The translations under genes were made by a program, and so were the position numbers. From NCBI GenBank assembly GCA_034780895.1, contig JAUZTB010000001.1, positions 46,985,925 to 47,049,924 on the forward strand: a stretch of 64,000 nucleotides of DNA. The letters are read 5' to 3'. The stretch is from Rhynchobatus australiae (lineage: Eukaryota). The stretch's first letter is position 1. Every line of letters starts with the position of its first letter. A model generated the notes under the pieces. It was not told the DNA's origin and ran no database searches. It saw only the letters and a list, made by a program, of their open reading frames with translations. Below are positions 1 through 13,409 of the stretch, piece after piece.

Positions 1-204
1 CCTTTAAGCCACTATGTGTAAACATCCGATCTAACAATTTCTCTTTAGTAACTCTGATGAACTTCTCTTTACCAATTAGACGACACTCAAGAACATACAT
101 TGTAATATCTGAGCCACCATCATATTTAGGAGGTTTCCATTTCAAGCTAACTGATTGCTTTGTAACTGCTGTTACTTCAAGATCTTCAGGACGTTCAGGG
201 ACAG
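1..204 (-). CDS. ttn: Titin exon, FN3 A24 (runs off window)
   Basis: AG acceptor at 205-206; VPERPEDLEV...WKPPKYDGGSDITMY. Confidence 0.92.
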
Positions 205-304
205 CTACAAGTTAGAAAAATAGAAATATTTATGTATTTAGTGGATAAAATAGATTTATTTAANNNNNNNNNNNNNNNNNNNNNNNNNNNNNNNCATTAC
301 TTAC

Positions 305-607
305 ACATTGGCTCTTTAACTATAGTTTCTTGTCTTGTCTGCACCCATGGGCCCATGCCAATGATATTTTCAGCTGCAATTCTAAAGAAATAAGCATTTC
401 CTGGAATCAGACCCTGGACAACGGCATTCTGTCTAGTAACTGTGTATGTGACAGGTGACCAGCCACGACGTTCAACTTCACGCTTTTCAATTATATAGTT
501 GGTAATAGCAGAACCACCATCATCTTCTGGAATGAACCATGTTAATCTGCAAGAATCATTTGTCAGGTTTTCACAGCGGAAAGGTTCACATACTGGCCCA
601 GGAACAT
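305..607 (-). CDS. ttn: Titin exon, FN3 A23
   Basis: 303 nt, AG/GT; DVPGPVCEPFRCENLTNDSCRLTW. Confidence 0.95.
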
Positions 608-702
608 CTGTAATTAAGAAACAAATAATTTTACTTGTTCTTGAGAAAAACTGATTGCAAAAATTGTGAAAAAATTGTGCAAAATCAGAAAATAATATTT
701 AC

Positions 703-981
703 CTAAAACTTCAACAATAATAGTCTTTCTTCTTTCACCTCCTACATTCTTGGCAATAAGGTTGTATACTCCTTGATGCTTTCGCTGACAATTCTTTATA
801 ACCAGAGCAGAACTGATCACAGTGGTTTCAATTGCAGCTTCTTTTGGTACTGGCTTATCATTCTTTTCCCATGAGATCTCTGGAGCTGGTTTACCCGATA
901 CATATGCCAAGATACGAATTACACCACCAGCATGTACCACAATTCTGTCTCTCACACTGGCATCCAAGTTAATATCTGGAA
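703..981 (-). CDS. ttn: Titin exon, Ig A22 (acceptor in N gap)
   Basis: PDINLDASVRDRIVVHAGG...IIVEVL; GT donor. Confidence 0.92.
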
Positions 982-1071
982 NNNNNNNNNNNNNNNNNNN
1001 NNNNNNNNNNTATTTATTATTGCCAAAGTAATGCATTGAAATAAAACAAAAGAACATTCTTTTTTTGTCAC

Positions 1072-1222
1072 CTGTTCTATCCTTGACCTCAATGGCATCA
1101 GAAACCTCTCCTGGATCACCAACTCCAGCAGCATTTACTGCCCTTACCCTGAATCTGTATACATTTCCCTCAATCAATCCTGGAACAACAAACTTGGTGC
1201 CTCTAATTTCTTTGTCTTTAAC
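1072..1222 (-). CDS. ttn: Titin exon, FN3 A21 second half
   Basis: 151 nt; VKDKEIRGTKF...YRFRVRAVN; 151+149=300. Confidence 0.95.
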
Positions 1223-1548
1223 CTGTGAATAACCAACAGAAAAGGTGAATATATAAATCAAAATAGAGAAATATTTCAATTTGGATGAAAATATGCGAGC
1301 GCCGTTCTTCCACAGTAGATAAGTGGCAGATGGGAGGTAAAATCTAACATCTCCGAGCCCTTTTCACATTGCTCTGACATTTCTGATTTTGTCTAAAGGG
1401 TTAATAAGGCCAGAGGCTATAATAGGTGCAGACTAAACATGACAATAAGAATGAAATCTCGATACATATGCCAAGATACGAATTACACCACCAGCATGGT
1501 GGTGTACACACATGTGTAAAAAGTATAAATCATTACTTTTGAATTTAC

Positions 1549-1697
1549 CTTCTCCCACTCTTCCTTTCCTTCCTCCTTAAATTCAACAAAATAGCCAGTG
1601 ATTCTGGATCCACCATCTTTTGTTGGTGGAGCCCATTCAAGATCTACTGTTGACTTTGTCCAGTCTGTTACCTTAGGAAATGGAGGACCAGGTGGTG
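1549..1697 (-). CDS. ttn: Titin exon, FN3 A21 first half
   Basis: 149 nt; PPGPPFPKVTDWTKSTVDLEW. Confidence 0.95.
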
Positions 1698-1811
1698 CTG
1701 TTTCAAAAAAANNNNNNNNNNNNNNNNNNNNNNNNNNNNNNNNNNNNNNNNNNNNNNNNNNNNNNNNNNNNNNNNNNNNNNNNNNNNNNNNNNNNNNNNN
1801 NNNNNNNNNNN

Positions 1812-1890
1812 CCTCATCGATGTGCTTAGTCACATCCTCAAAAAATTCGATCAGGTTCATAAGACAGGACCTGCCCTTGACAAAGCCAAG
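1812..1890 (-). mobile_element. CR1-type LINE RT fragment
   Basis: Translates NLIEFFEDVTKHIDE, a CR1 RT motif. Confidence 0.7.
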
Positions 1891-2102
1891 TGTTATGTAT
1901 TTATTGATGTGTTATTACTTCTGCTTTACATTAATAAAAAATCACTGCTTGCATTATAGCGATGCATCTCCAAAGGGCCGCTGACATTACAAAAAGTTAG
2001 AATGCATAGAACTGTTTAAACAGCTGCCAAGTGTGCATCAATCTACAAGAGAAATTGTGCATGTACAAAAGTCTCAAAATTCCAACCATGCAAAATGCTC
2101 AC

Positions 2103-2417
2103 CTATGGGATCTCTTGCAACCACTGGGTCGGAAGGTATGCTTGGGGGTCCAACACCTGCTGCATTGATAGCAAGCACACGGAATTGATAAAATGAGCCT
2201 TCAATAAGGCCAGTTACATGATAGGATACTCCAAGTGGCATAATTCTAATTGGATCACGATTTATTCTGGTCCATCTCTTTGCTGAGGTGTCTTTACGCT
2301 CTAACCAGTAGCCAGTTACTGGAGAGCCACCATCATATTGTGGTTCTTCCCAGTTGACTACCATACTATCATGTTTCACACTACTTACAGTTGGTTTGTC
2401 ACAAGGTCCAGGTACAG
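2103..2417 (-). CDS. ttn: Titin exon, FN3 A20
   Basis: 315 nt; VPGPCDKPTVSSV...ARDPI. Confidence 0.95.
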
Positions 2418-2726
2418 CTGTAAAAAGAAAATTACCATTTTTAATAAACAAGGTATATTCTTACAGTAATTTTGAATTCAAAGTTTTAAAATTTAACATC
2501 CCAAGAAATCTTAAAGAAGTTGGTACAAAAATTCAAATTATTTTGTTATAAAATGCACAGAATTAAATACCCTATTTCAATTTTTTTAAAAAGTCAACAG
2601 AAATACCATTAAGTATGAACTGAGAACTTCAGATAAATAATTTTATCAGTCCCAGAAATTAGATATTGGATACACATATAATGTCAAAATAAAGAAAATG
2701 TGGGAGAAATTTATTTGAATACATAC

Positions 2727-3026
2727 AAAACAGATTTCTTGCTGTCTCTGGTTCACTGTCAAGAGGTTCACTAATGCCATATTTATTCTGAGCCATAACA
2801 CGGAATACATATTCGTGTCCTTCCAATAACTTGGGCACTTCACACATGCATTCTTTAACATCATTGGTAACTTGAATCCAAGTCTTCCTACTTGCTTCTC
2901 TCTTTTGAACAACATAGTTGGTGATCTTAGAGCCACCATCATCTTTTGGAGGTAGCCATGAAAGGGTCATTTTCTCAGCACTAATTCCTTCAAACTTAAT
3001 AGGACCCACTGGAGGACCAGGAGATC
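2727..3026 (-). CDS. ttn: Titin exon, FN3 A19
   Basis: 300 nt; SPGPPVGPIKFEGIS...ARNLF. Confidence 0.95.
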
Positions 3027-3120
3027 CTAATCAATAGAAAAAGAAAAACATATTTTAAATTATATTTTATAATATGCATTAACAAAACTAGACATTTAGA
3101 GAAATAATAAAAAAAGTTAC

Positions 3121-3417
3121 CAAGAACATTGAGTCGCATTTCCTTAGAATCAGTGCCCAAGTTGTTTGTTGCAGTGAGAGTGTAAAGACCAGTGTCCTTT
3201 CGGAGAGACTGATGAATGAGTAGAGTGCAACCATCCTCAGTCACAATTTTGTTGACATGCTGATCATATTCTACTTTAGATTTTTCTTCTGGTTTATGGA
3301 CAGGTGCTTTGTACCAAGTCAAAGTTGGGAATGGTGTGCCCTTCACTTTGGCAATAATGTTTATGTCTGTATGTTGTTCTGCCTCTAAGAATTCTTTAAG
3401 TTCAATTGCAGGTGCAC
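3121..3417 (-). CDS. ttn: Titin exon, Ig A18
   Basis: 297 nt; APAIELKEF...MRLNVL. Confidence 0.95.
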
Positions 3418-3515
3418 CTAGACGTGAAAATATTCATTGCATTTTAGGAACACTTAAATTTGGAGTTTATGATATTTACATTGGCTAGATATTAGGTAAT
3501 TGTGCAAATACTTAC

Positions 3516-3833
3516 ATGTTTGGTCTTTCACAACTATAGGCCCAACGGAGTTACAAGGTTTACTAGTGCCAGCTTCATTAACAGCTTTTACACGGAATTC
3601 ATATTCTCCACCCTCAATGAGATCTTCTACAGTAAATTTGGTTTCTTCCACATCGCGTCTATTGCACTGTGTCCAAGATTCCTTCCTTTGACCACTGGGA
3701 TCCAAGGCAAGTCTTTCAATAATGTAATGTGTTACTGGAGCCCCTCCATCATTCTTTGGTGGCTTCCAGGTAAGTGAAACAGTGTTCTTAGTAATCAAAG
3801 CAATTTTGAGTCTCGTTGGTGGCTCAGGAGGAT
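3516..3833 (-). CDS. ttn: Titin exon, FN3 A17
   Basis: 318 nt; DPPEPPTRLKIALIT...VKDQT. Confidence 0.95.
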
Positions 3834-3925
3834 CTGAAATGTAAAAGCACATTCATCAAAAAATGACAAACTGAAGTTGTATGGATATCTGAACTGGGTC
3901 AGTAGATTATGAATAAGAAACTTAC

Positions 3926-4225
3926 GAATTGGATCTCTAGCCCTAGTCCTCTGAATAGTTTCTACTGGTGGGCCAATGCCAAATCGATTTTCTGCCCGGA
4001 CACGGAAGAAGTACTCCTGCCCTTCAATAAGGTCAGGCACAATAAATGATGTGCCGACACAGGAAGCATTAACTTTTACCCAAGCCTTTCCTTCTACAGT
4101 CTTTTTCTCCACAACATAGCATTTAATTCTGTCTCCACCATCATTGTCTGGAGGCTTCCATGTAAGTCTGCAGGTACTCCTTGTAATGTCACTCACTTTA
4201 AGATCTTTTGGTGATCCTGGCATAT
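3926..4225 (-). CDS. ttn: Titin exon, FN3 A16
   Basis: 300 nt; DMPGSPKDLKVSDIT...ARDPI. Confidence 0.95.
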
Positions 4226-4314
4226 CTGTTAAATGTAAAAGATAATTTAAGAATCATATCAAACTACTGCAATTTGTTCTATTTCAAAATAAGTTCAAGG
4301 AAAAAACTACATAC

Positions 4315-4444
4315 CAAGAACATTTACTCTGATATGTAATGTCTTTTGACCGGCTTTGTTCTTAGCAGTAATATTGTATCGGCCAGAGTGGTTTCTATTG
4401 CATTCTGGAATAACCACAGCTGTCTTAGTTCCTGCACTTTCAAT
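4315..4444 (-). CDS. ttn: Titin exon, Ig A15 third part
   Basis: 130 nt; IESAGTKTAVVIPEC...ITAKNKAGQK. Confidence 0.93.
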
Positions 4445-4554
4445 CTATAAAAGGCAAAAGGAAGAATAATAATTAAGTAAATAAAATGCAAATTCTATTC
4501 CTGCAATTCCAAATTTAAAACACAAATAAAAAAAATCATAAACTACATTATTAC

Positions 4555-4587
4555 CTGAGCATCAGCTGGCACATTATGCACTTCATC
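4555..4587 (-). CDS. ttn: Titin 33-nt micro-exon, Ig A15 middle
   Basis: tag|GAT GAA GTG...GCT CAG|gtaat = DEVHNVPADAQ, phase 0-0. Confidence 0.88.
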
Positions 4588-5329
4588 CTATAAAGAATAA
4601 AATATCAATTGTTACATGTTTTATTCAATTCAAATTTGTTCAGAAGATTCCACCTTAAGCTCGGCCTTCATATTTTTCTGATTATGTCACACTGGATGAT
4701 GCTAAGTAATTTTTACCCATGGTTTATATGGCATTATTTCATATTGTCTTGAAGCTGATTTAAACCTAGCTTCAAACATGACACAACCTAACTAGATTTA
4801 AAAAGTAAGCCATGAATACCTAGGATGATAGACAAGGGAAATCATAGCTTGTGTAAAAAACTATGAATTACAGAACAATAACAAATCGCCTGCTAGTGAA
4901 AAATCTTCATAAACCAAACTAATTAGGAATCAACACAAATAGTAGTGACTGGAGATGAATAAGGAGTTCATGTGTTAACTGAATAGAGTAGTCAAAACAT
5001 TAGCTATGATGCAATTCTCACTCCTCAGCTAAACTGGGGCAGTCTATTCTCATAGTGACTTTATCCCAAAAAAAAGAATTTGCCAACAACTAAGTCAAAA
5101 GGTATTATTTCAAGGAAGGTTTTAAATATGGAAGGCCCAGAGATATTCAGAGATAATGACTATAGAGAAAAAATATTCTATTACTTGGACGTAGTTCTCT
5201 TTTGACAGACAACTCACTTGCTAGAAGTTTCCAACCATATGTTTATGCATATTGAGCTTCGTGAGCTGCTCAAGAAAAAATATTCATATTGTCTTTTCAG
5301 AATTTTGTACTGGGTTTTTCTAACCTGAC

Positions 5330-5535
5330 TGAAGTTACAACTGTGGTGAAGTCAGATACAATCTGTATGTTTAAGATACAGTTAAACAGGCCACTAAATA
5401 GGGATGGCATAGAAGGATTATGGACTTTATGTGGGCAAATGGAATTTGTGTAGATGGACAGAAAGTCTGGCATGGATGTGGTGGGCTGAAGGGGCCATGT
5501 TTCTGTGCTGTACATTTCTATGAATCTATCCATAA
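5330..5535 (+). mobile_element. CR1-type LINE 3' end
   Basis: ggcatggatgtggtgggctgaagggg...gtttctgtgctgta followed by a ctatga-type tail; same family as 18481-18815. Confidence 0.7.
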
Positions 5536-7392
5536 CAATTAAATTTCTTTTTAAGATCTATAAGAGAAAAACGCATGGTATTACTGAATGCTACGCACTC
5601 AAAAAATGAGTATTGAGGAGTTAAAAATGGATAGTGGACAAATTAGCTGTGCCATTGATACCCAAGACTCTTGTGATGCCATATTCATGTAAGGTTCTAA
5701 ATGAGTTAATGCTCTGGCTACCTAGAACAGGGTAAAGCCTGCTTTACTATGCAGACTGGGTTCTTACACCACCCAGCTTTACCAAATATTGAACACTCAA
5801 CCAAGGAACTGCAGAGACAATTTAAAAAAAATCAGCCACTGAAAATTATTGAAGTTATATTTTTTGTGAAGTGCTTTGCAAGATTACTGATGATAGCTGC
5901 GAGCCCAGATTTACTCATGTACCTTCATCTCCATTCCCTTTACCTTTCTCTTTGAATTAATATCATTGGAGCCACCTGGATTTCCTGAGCAGCAATGTGC
6001 CTTAAAATACTTGATGTAACACTGCATCACCTCATCTATTTAAGTGAAGCTGAATGTTGAATTTGGTTTGGGGTCTCAACCTAACAAAAATCATCCTAAT
6101 GATCTGGTTAGCAAGTCAAATTTTCTCCTTATGTTTAAGCAGAAAAGAAGCATTTTTGTTAATGTCTTAGGAGAAATGAGAGATATATATTTTACTCAAG
6201 GATACCATTTATTGTTAATTCTCTTTTAACTGCTCATTCATTCAGGCCTGAATCCTTATTTGGTAAGCTATAGATTTTAATATCCTTTTCAAAAAGTGGA
6301 AANNNNNNNNNNCACACAACATAACATATATTGCAATCATCCATGTTATGGTCAGTGGGTGTCATTATATGGATGTTGGGATACATGAAGTCTGATTGGG
6401 GAGATAGTTGGTGATGTTGAATCATAGAGACATTCTGAGAGACTTGAGCCAGCCAATCTATGACCTTTCTGGTCAGGAAGATTGTTAATTTAAGACCAAT
6501 ACTTTTCCCAGCCTAACATAAAGTACCCCTAAATAAACCACAATGACAGATCCACCCAGGAAGGAGTTAGGGAAGTTGGGGGGGGGGGGGGNNNNNNNNN
6601 NNNNNNNNNNNNNNNNNNNNNNNNNNNNNNNNNNNNNNNNNNNNNNNNNNNNNNNNNNNNNNNNNNNNNNNNNNNNNNNNNNNNNNNNNNNTAGGGAAGT
6701 GATATCCCAGAGGACAATGATCTGCTCTGACAGTAAGTAGATTCTATTGAACTGTGCAAATTGTTGTCTGGGAACCAGTTGGGATTATCCAGTTTGTGGG
6801 AAGTGAGAACTTAAAAGCTTTCTGGCTATCAGAATACCAGCTTGGGACCTTGATTAATTAGTCTTGCAAATACCAGAAATGGAGATTCTGCATCACTGTT
6901 AATTCTGCACCAGAAAGTGACATTTATGAATACTATGAGTTTTAATTAGGGCTAGAATTAAGCTGATACTTTGAACATTTAATCCACAATGTTCAAGTCA
7001 TGTCAAAATGCCATGTTAAAGTAAATATTTTTGACTTCTAACTAACTCATACCCATAAATGTTTGGATGAAATGACACAGGGTGATCAGATTGAAAGTTC
7101 TTTGTTCAGAAATGGGTTACTTGCAGAAGATTCCATATGGAGGGGAGGCTTAATTTCTTGAACACACTTACATAACTATGCAACTTACCTTTTGTTGATC
7201 ATTAATACCTTTAAATACTGTTGTTGGAAATTCCATAATATTTGGTGTTCTAGCATTAATCATCTAAGCTGGCAAATGAATTTCCCTATCATAATATCAC
7301 ATATATCCAAGGGATATTGAAATGGGATAACTATGAGTCTATCATGAAGATGTAAGTGATCGAACTAACATTTAATTCAGACATTTTTATAC

Positions 7393-7541
7393 CTTGATAA
7401 CTGTTTTAGCTGGTCCTTCAAACTCCCAATTGATCTTGGGAAAAGGACGGCCTGATACAATAGCTGGAATTCTCAAAGCTGTTCCTGCATGACAACTGAG
7501 GAAATCTTGTGCGCCAACCTCCAATGCAATATCTGGTTCCT
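7393..7541 (-). CDS. ttn: Titin exon, Ig A15 first part
   Basis: 149 nt; EEPDIALEVGAQDFLSCHAG...GPAKTVIK. Confidence 0.93.
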
Positions 7542-7628
7542 CTGCAAATCACAAAGAAAAACATGTTGGCTGTGATCTACAAAATGCAAATACTAGTACT
7601 CTTAAATACTGAATCTAGAAGTGTTTAC

Positions 7629-7937
7629 CTAGGGTTTCCTTCACAATTGTTTCTGAAGTGGATAAACTTGGTTCAGATTCCCCTGCAGCATTAACAGCTT
7701 TAATTCGGAACCTGTATTTCTTGAGTGCTTGTAAATTGGGTACCTCATATTCACATTTAGGAATTAATTTATCTGGCTCTGATGCTCTTTTCCAATCAGA
7801 TGAACCTTCTTCCTGCATCTCAACAATATAACCTTGGATTGGGCTATGACCATCCTTTTCTGGGCATTTCCATGCTAGCTTTATGGTATTCTTGGTTTTA
7901 TCAGTGACTTCAGGACAGGAAGGAGCACCTGGAGGAT
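7629..7937 (-). CDS. ttn: Titin exon, FN3 A14
   Basis: 309 nt; DPPGAPSCPEVTDKT. Confidence 0.94.
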
Positions 7938-8206
7938 CTTGTGGGGGAAAAAAGAACATTTAATTCATATGTCAATTTCTCACCATTTTATTGTAGTGGG
8001 AGTAAAAACTATGTGATAGCTTTAATCAGAGCAATTAAAAAAGTTGCATTACCATACACCTCACCTTGATTGTTAATTAAAATATCAGCACTGCATTTAT
8101 GAATGTGTGTGGATTACCTTAGCAATTTTTTATCTTATGAAAAGTTTTAATCAGCTAAAATTTTTACTTAGGAATTAGAAATGCATAACTGAAAAACACA
8201 GATTTA

Positions 8207-8749
<543 letters not shown>

Positions 8750-8852
8750 CTAAAATGGAGAAAATTTTGGTTATATATATAAAATTTGCTAGATTATTGG
8801 AAGAAGTGGTTAAAATATAAATATAATTCAGTAATTAAAAAAGAAACATTAC

Positions 8853-9043
8853 GCCATATCGTCTTTCAATAATATATTTTGTGATCTCTTCCCATTCGGA
8901 TTTCTTTGTGCTTGCATCACGCTTGTCAACAATATAATTAGTTATTTCACTCCCACCATTGTCTTCAGGGGCATCCCAAGTCAGATAACAGGATTCAGCT
9001 TTAACATCAGAAACTTTAAGGTTCCTTGGTGGTGAAGGTTTGT
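8853..9043 (-). CDS. ttn: Titin exon, FN3 A12 first half
   Basis: 191 nt; DKPSPPRNLKVSDVKAESCYLTW. Confidence 0.94.
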
Positions 9044-9141
9044 CTATAGTTAAGAAAAGGTAAAATAAATCAACACTTTAACAATTTTGGGAATTTTTTT
9101 ATGGAAGTCTCAAAACATTTTCTTGTGTTTTGTTTCCTTAC

Positions 9142-9450
9142 CTAGAATATTCACATTCACAGACTGGGATGCTGATCCCAGGCGGTTTGAAACAGTAATA
9201 GTGTAAGTATCTGTATCTTTTCTAATGGTTGTAGGAATACTAAACTTAGTTAATGCATTTGTTCTTGACACTACTTCAGTATCTATCTTCTGTCGATCAG
9301 TTGATTTTTCCACTATATTCTCTCCTTTGCTCCATTCGATTTTGGGAAAGGGGAGGCCTTCCACCTCAGCTGGAATTTCAACTGGTTCTCCAACTTTAAC
9401 AGCTATTACATCTTTCTTAACTTTTAGTAGCAGTTTCACAGTAGGAGGCA
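9142..9450 (-). CDS. ttn: Titin exon, Ig A11
   Basis: 309 nt; PPTVKLLL...VNVNIL. Confidence 0.95.
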
Positions 9451-9566
9451 CTATTGGAAAATAAATGAATCAAAGAACAAAAATGTTAATCAATTAAATT
9501 TGGAAAAAAATTAACATGAAAATTTTGTTACAGATCAATAGCAAAGGAAATAGTGAATGCATATAC

Positions 9567-9866
9567 CTTCATCATCTTGCACTATGACATTAAGAGTAAT
9601 TGATGGCTCACTTTCTCCAATTTCATTAACAGCTCTTACACGGAAGTCATACATGTTTAAGTCTTCGAGATTATCCACCACTAAGGTTGTGTTTGGACAG
9701 ATCTGTTTGTTAGCTCTTTCAAATTCATGCTGATCATGTCGTTTCTTTTCCACAAAATATCCTAAAACGGGACGACCACCATCATTTCTTGGAGGTTTCC
9801 AGATGAGTGTGACAGTTGACTTTGTTCTCTCAGAGTACCTAAACTTCTCAGGTGAAGTTGGTGGGC
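9567..9866 (-). CDS. ttn: Titin exon, FN3 A10
   Basis: 300 nt; GPPTSPEKFRYSERTKS...QDDE. Confidence 0.95.
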
Positions 9867-9950
9867 CTACAATTAAAGAATATGTTTAATTCAAACATGT
9901 AACAGAATGTCCAGAAATTATTTAATAGTCTTGTTTTTCATTTTTCATAC

Positions 9951-10244
9951 CTAATGGATCAACTGCAGCTATTGGTCCAAGTTCATCGGTGGGGCCACAC
10001 CCATACTTATTTTTAGCACAAATTCGGAACATATATTCCTGTCCTTCAAGAAGACCAACAATGTCACATTTGGATTTTTCTGTTTCAATAGGTTGTCTCC
10101 AGGAATGCATTTTAGCATCCTTTCTCTCAACAACATAACCGATTATATCACTACCACCATCATCTTCAGGTTCTGACCAGTTAAGTAATATCATCTTTCT
10201 CGTAACAACTACAGGTTTTAGATCCAGAATAGGCCCAGGAACAT
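9951..10244 (-). CDS. ttn: Titin exon, FN3 A9
   Basis: 294 nt; DVPGPILDLKPVVVTRK. Confidence 0.95.
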
Positions 10245-10346
10245 CTGAAAGAAAAGGTGGCACAAACCATTTAGATTTAATTAAGATTCCAATATAAAAC
10301 ACCAACCTTTTTTTTCAAACTTATAATTTTTTACTATGAGCCTTAC

Positions 10347-10634
10347 CCACAATATCCACTCGAGTCCATGCAGATTTGCTGCCACTGTTATTTGTAGCAG
10401 TAACTATGTATCTGCCAAAATCACTTCTTTTTGAATCCTTTATAATTAATTCTGATTTTGTACCAACTGTTTCAATAACAGCAAGTTTTTCATCAAATTT
10501 TCCTCCTTCTTCCTTGTTCCATTTAACTTCTGGAGTTGGTCGGCCTGTTATAATGGCAGGAAGTCTAATGATTTCTCCAGCCTGTTTTAGGATACCATTT
10601 CTTACACTTACATCAAATTCCACTGTTGGAGGTT
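10347..10634 (-). CDS. ttn: Titin exon, Ig A8
   Basis: 288 nt; EPPTVEFDVSVRNG. Confidence 0.95.
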
Positions 10635-10728
10635 CTGGAAAGCAAAATGTATTTTTTGTGAATAGTAATGAAAAGTACTGAACAAGATTGAAAAATATAG
10701 ATCTAAGAATTTGCAAGATTCTTAATAC

Positions 10729-11025
10729 CTTGCGGCTCCTTTACGGTTACAACTTCAGTCTGACCNNNNGCTCCTTCTCCAGCATTATTGACTGCCACCA
10801 CACGAATTATATAATCTGCATCTTCTCTAACTCCAAAGACTGTGTACTTGAGACCTTTAATTAATTTTTCTGTGCAGCGTGACCATTCCCTTGATCCTAT
10901 AAGCTGCTTGTCAACATGATAACCGGTAATGTCCCCTCCACCATTGTAGATTGGAGGCTCCCACACTACATCGATTGATGTTGCTGATGTATCATGGATA
11001 CTTGGTATAGGTGGCCCAGGTGGCA
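10729..11025 (-). CDS. ttn: Titin exon, FN3 A7
   Basis: 297 nt; PPGPPIPSIHDTS...KEPQ. Confidence 0.95.
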
Positions 11026-11124
11026 CTTAGACAGAAAAGAAAAAATAATTATAAAATGAGTAAGAGCCATATATAATTTTTTGTGATCTCCAAGTGTATC
11101 AACTATTGTTAAGCTAATACTTAC

Positions 11125-11424
11125 ATATTGGGTCCTGTGCTCTCTTGGGATCTGATGGCGGACTGAATTTTCCAGGACCAGCTGCATTTTCTGCACAAAC
11201 CCTGAATAGATATGTTAAACCCTCCATAAGGCCTTCAACTGTTACTTTTAGGGCATTTAATAAGTCTTTATTAACTCGAGTCCAGTGTGTGCTGTTAATT
11301 TCTCTTCTTTCAATCCAGTAGCCTAAAATAGGACTACCATTGTCTTTTGGTTCCTTCCATGTAACAACCATACTATTGCTAGTGGTATCCTCTACTTGAG
11401 GTTGATCAGGTGCTTCAGGGGGAT
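11125..11424 (-). CDS. ttn: Titin exon, FN3 A6
   Basis: 300 nt; DPPEAPDQPQVEDTT. Confidence 0.95.
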
Positions 11425-11622
11425 CTGAAAATTGAATGATGAGGATAAGTAAAGAGCAATACTGATAATAATAAACCAATATATGTCAAATAGCAATGAG
11501 AAAAATAAGAACATACATTGTATTAATAGGTAATTCTGCAAAGAATGTTATGACAGTTAATATTTTAATGTAATATTTCACTTTGTGTATGATAGTTTTG
11601 AGGAACAAAAGTAAACACTTAC

Positions 11623-11925
11623 CAAATGGATTTTTAGCAACAAGTGGTTTTGAAACAGCTGGTGGCCCAGGACCAAATTTATTTTCTGCTGCCACACGGA
11701 AAATATATTCTTTTCCTTCAATAAGTTTCAATACATGAAATTTGCAATGTCTAAGAGTTGTTGTTACAGTAATCCAGCTAATTCCAGGTTTGGAATTATC
11801 TTTCTTCTCCAAGATATAGTTAAGAATTTCACTGCCACCATTGTCCAAAGGAGGATCCCATTTACAGATGACAGAATCACTTCTAACTTCCTCAAATATG
11901 AAATTGACAGGTGGGCCAGGTGTGT
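11623..11925 (-). CDS. ttn: Titin exon, FN3 A5
   Basis: 303 nt; DTPGPPVNFIFEEVRS. Confidence 0.95.
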
Positions 11926-12048
11926 CTGGAATGCCAAATACGAATTGCTTAATTATGGTAAAGGAAACAACTCTAAATATTTACATTTTTTAGCAGCTTC
12001 TTCTAAAAATATTGTAACATCAATGAAAGAATTTGTATAACATCTCAC

Positions 12049-12426
12049 CTAAGACATTCACATCACAACTTGCACGAGCAACACCATGATCATTTTCTAC
12101 TTTGATAGTATATTTTCCATAGTCTTTTCTGATGGAATCCCGCACTATCATTTGAGACTCCCCTTTTTTGCTGTTGTCAAGAGTTAACCGTTCGGGTAGA
12201 CTGAGAGAGAAAGGCTCTTCCTCCTCCACGACTTCCTTCTTCCTAGCTGGTATTATTTTCTGCACTCTTTTTTTGATCTCTTCAGGTCTGATCACTTCAT
12301 CATTTCGATGCCATGTTATAGTTGGATAAGGAGAACCAGAAATACGAGCTAGAAGAGCTATCTCTTCACCTTTTCTGACATTTAATCCAGATGCAACATT
12401 CCCACTAAGGGACACCTTTGGTGGGT
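12049..12426 (-). CDS. ttn: Titin exon, Ig A4 with long charged loop
   Basis: 378 nt; DPPKVSLSG...RPEEIKKR...EEEEPFSL...CDVNVL. Confidence 0.95.
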
Positions 12427-12584
12427 CTACATAGAAAAACAGAATAACTATTACTGAACATAATTTCTTATTACCTAATTGTTTAACCTTAAATTGCTTC
12501 TTCATCTAAAAAAATTATAGAAATAAAGGCATCAAATTTTCTTGTATTTAATGATTATTTTGAGTGTTACAAAAAAAAACTCAC

Positions 12585-12887
12585 CAATGGGGTCCAAAGC
12601 TTTGACTCCTNNNNNNNNNNNNNNNNNNNNNNNNNNNNNNNNNNNNNNNNNNNNNNNNNNNNNNNNNNNNNNNNNNNNNNNNNNNNNNNNNNNNNNNNNN
12701 NNNTAAGATAGAACAGGAACCAAATACTCATTGCATCTCTCCCATTTGTCACTTCCTTTAGCTATCTTTTCTATGATATAGCCCATGATTTTACAACCAC
12801 CATCAAAAAGAGGTGGTTTCCACGTGAGTATTACAGATTTTGACGTTGGCTCATGGACCTCAAGATCAACTGGTGGATCAGGGCGCT
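12585..12887 (-). CDS. ttn: Titin exon, FN3 A3 (partly N)
   Basis: 303 nt; ERPDPPVDLEVHEPT...ALDPI. Confidence 0.93.
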
Positions 12888-12994
12888 CTGAAGGAAAATT
12901 ACAAACATAAGTTTAATAGTATTTTAAATGTTTTAAGAACGAAGAGTTAGGTCGACAATATCATTAACTAATATTCATTTTCTGAACTACTTAC

Positions 12995-13294
12995 GCTTTT
13001 GGTCTTCTGCAATAACTGGGTTGCGAATCTCAGTGTATTCACCACCACCAATTTTATTAACGGCTTTTACTCGGAAGTAGTATTCACTATTTGGAATAAG
13101 ATCCTTTACTTGCCAGGTCAGTTTATTCTCACCAGACATTACTGGTGTGTAGGTTCTTCTACCAGCCTCTCGACGTTGTAGAACATAATGTAAAATTGGG
13201 CTGCCACCATCGTAGTCTGGAGGATCCCAACTTATCTTGCAAGAACTCTTGGTAACGTCACTTGCTTTTATTTCCTTACACTGACCAGGTAATC
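12995..13294 (-). CDS. ttn: Titin exon, FN3 A2
   Basis: 300 nt; GLPGQCKEIKASDVTKSSC. Confidence 0.95.
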
Positions 13295-13409
13295 CTTAAT
13301 TAACACAAAGAAGATCATGTGGTCAAAATCATTTGATTTTATTCAGAACGTGTTTCCATACAAGAAAATAATATTGAAAAAAATCCCCCATCACATTTCA
13401 ATTTATTAC

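Noticed and set aside
4555-4587. 33-nt micro-exon as a novelty
   Set aside because: It encodes a required part of Ig A15; an equivalent peptide is recalled in human titin
6577-6591. Poly-G run as a G-quadruplex
   Set aside because: It abuts an N gap, so length and context are unreliable
12200-12300. Long charged insertion in Ig A4
   Set aside because: A similar loop is recalled in human titin, so it is not novel
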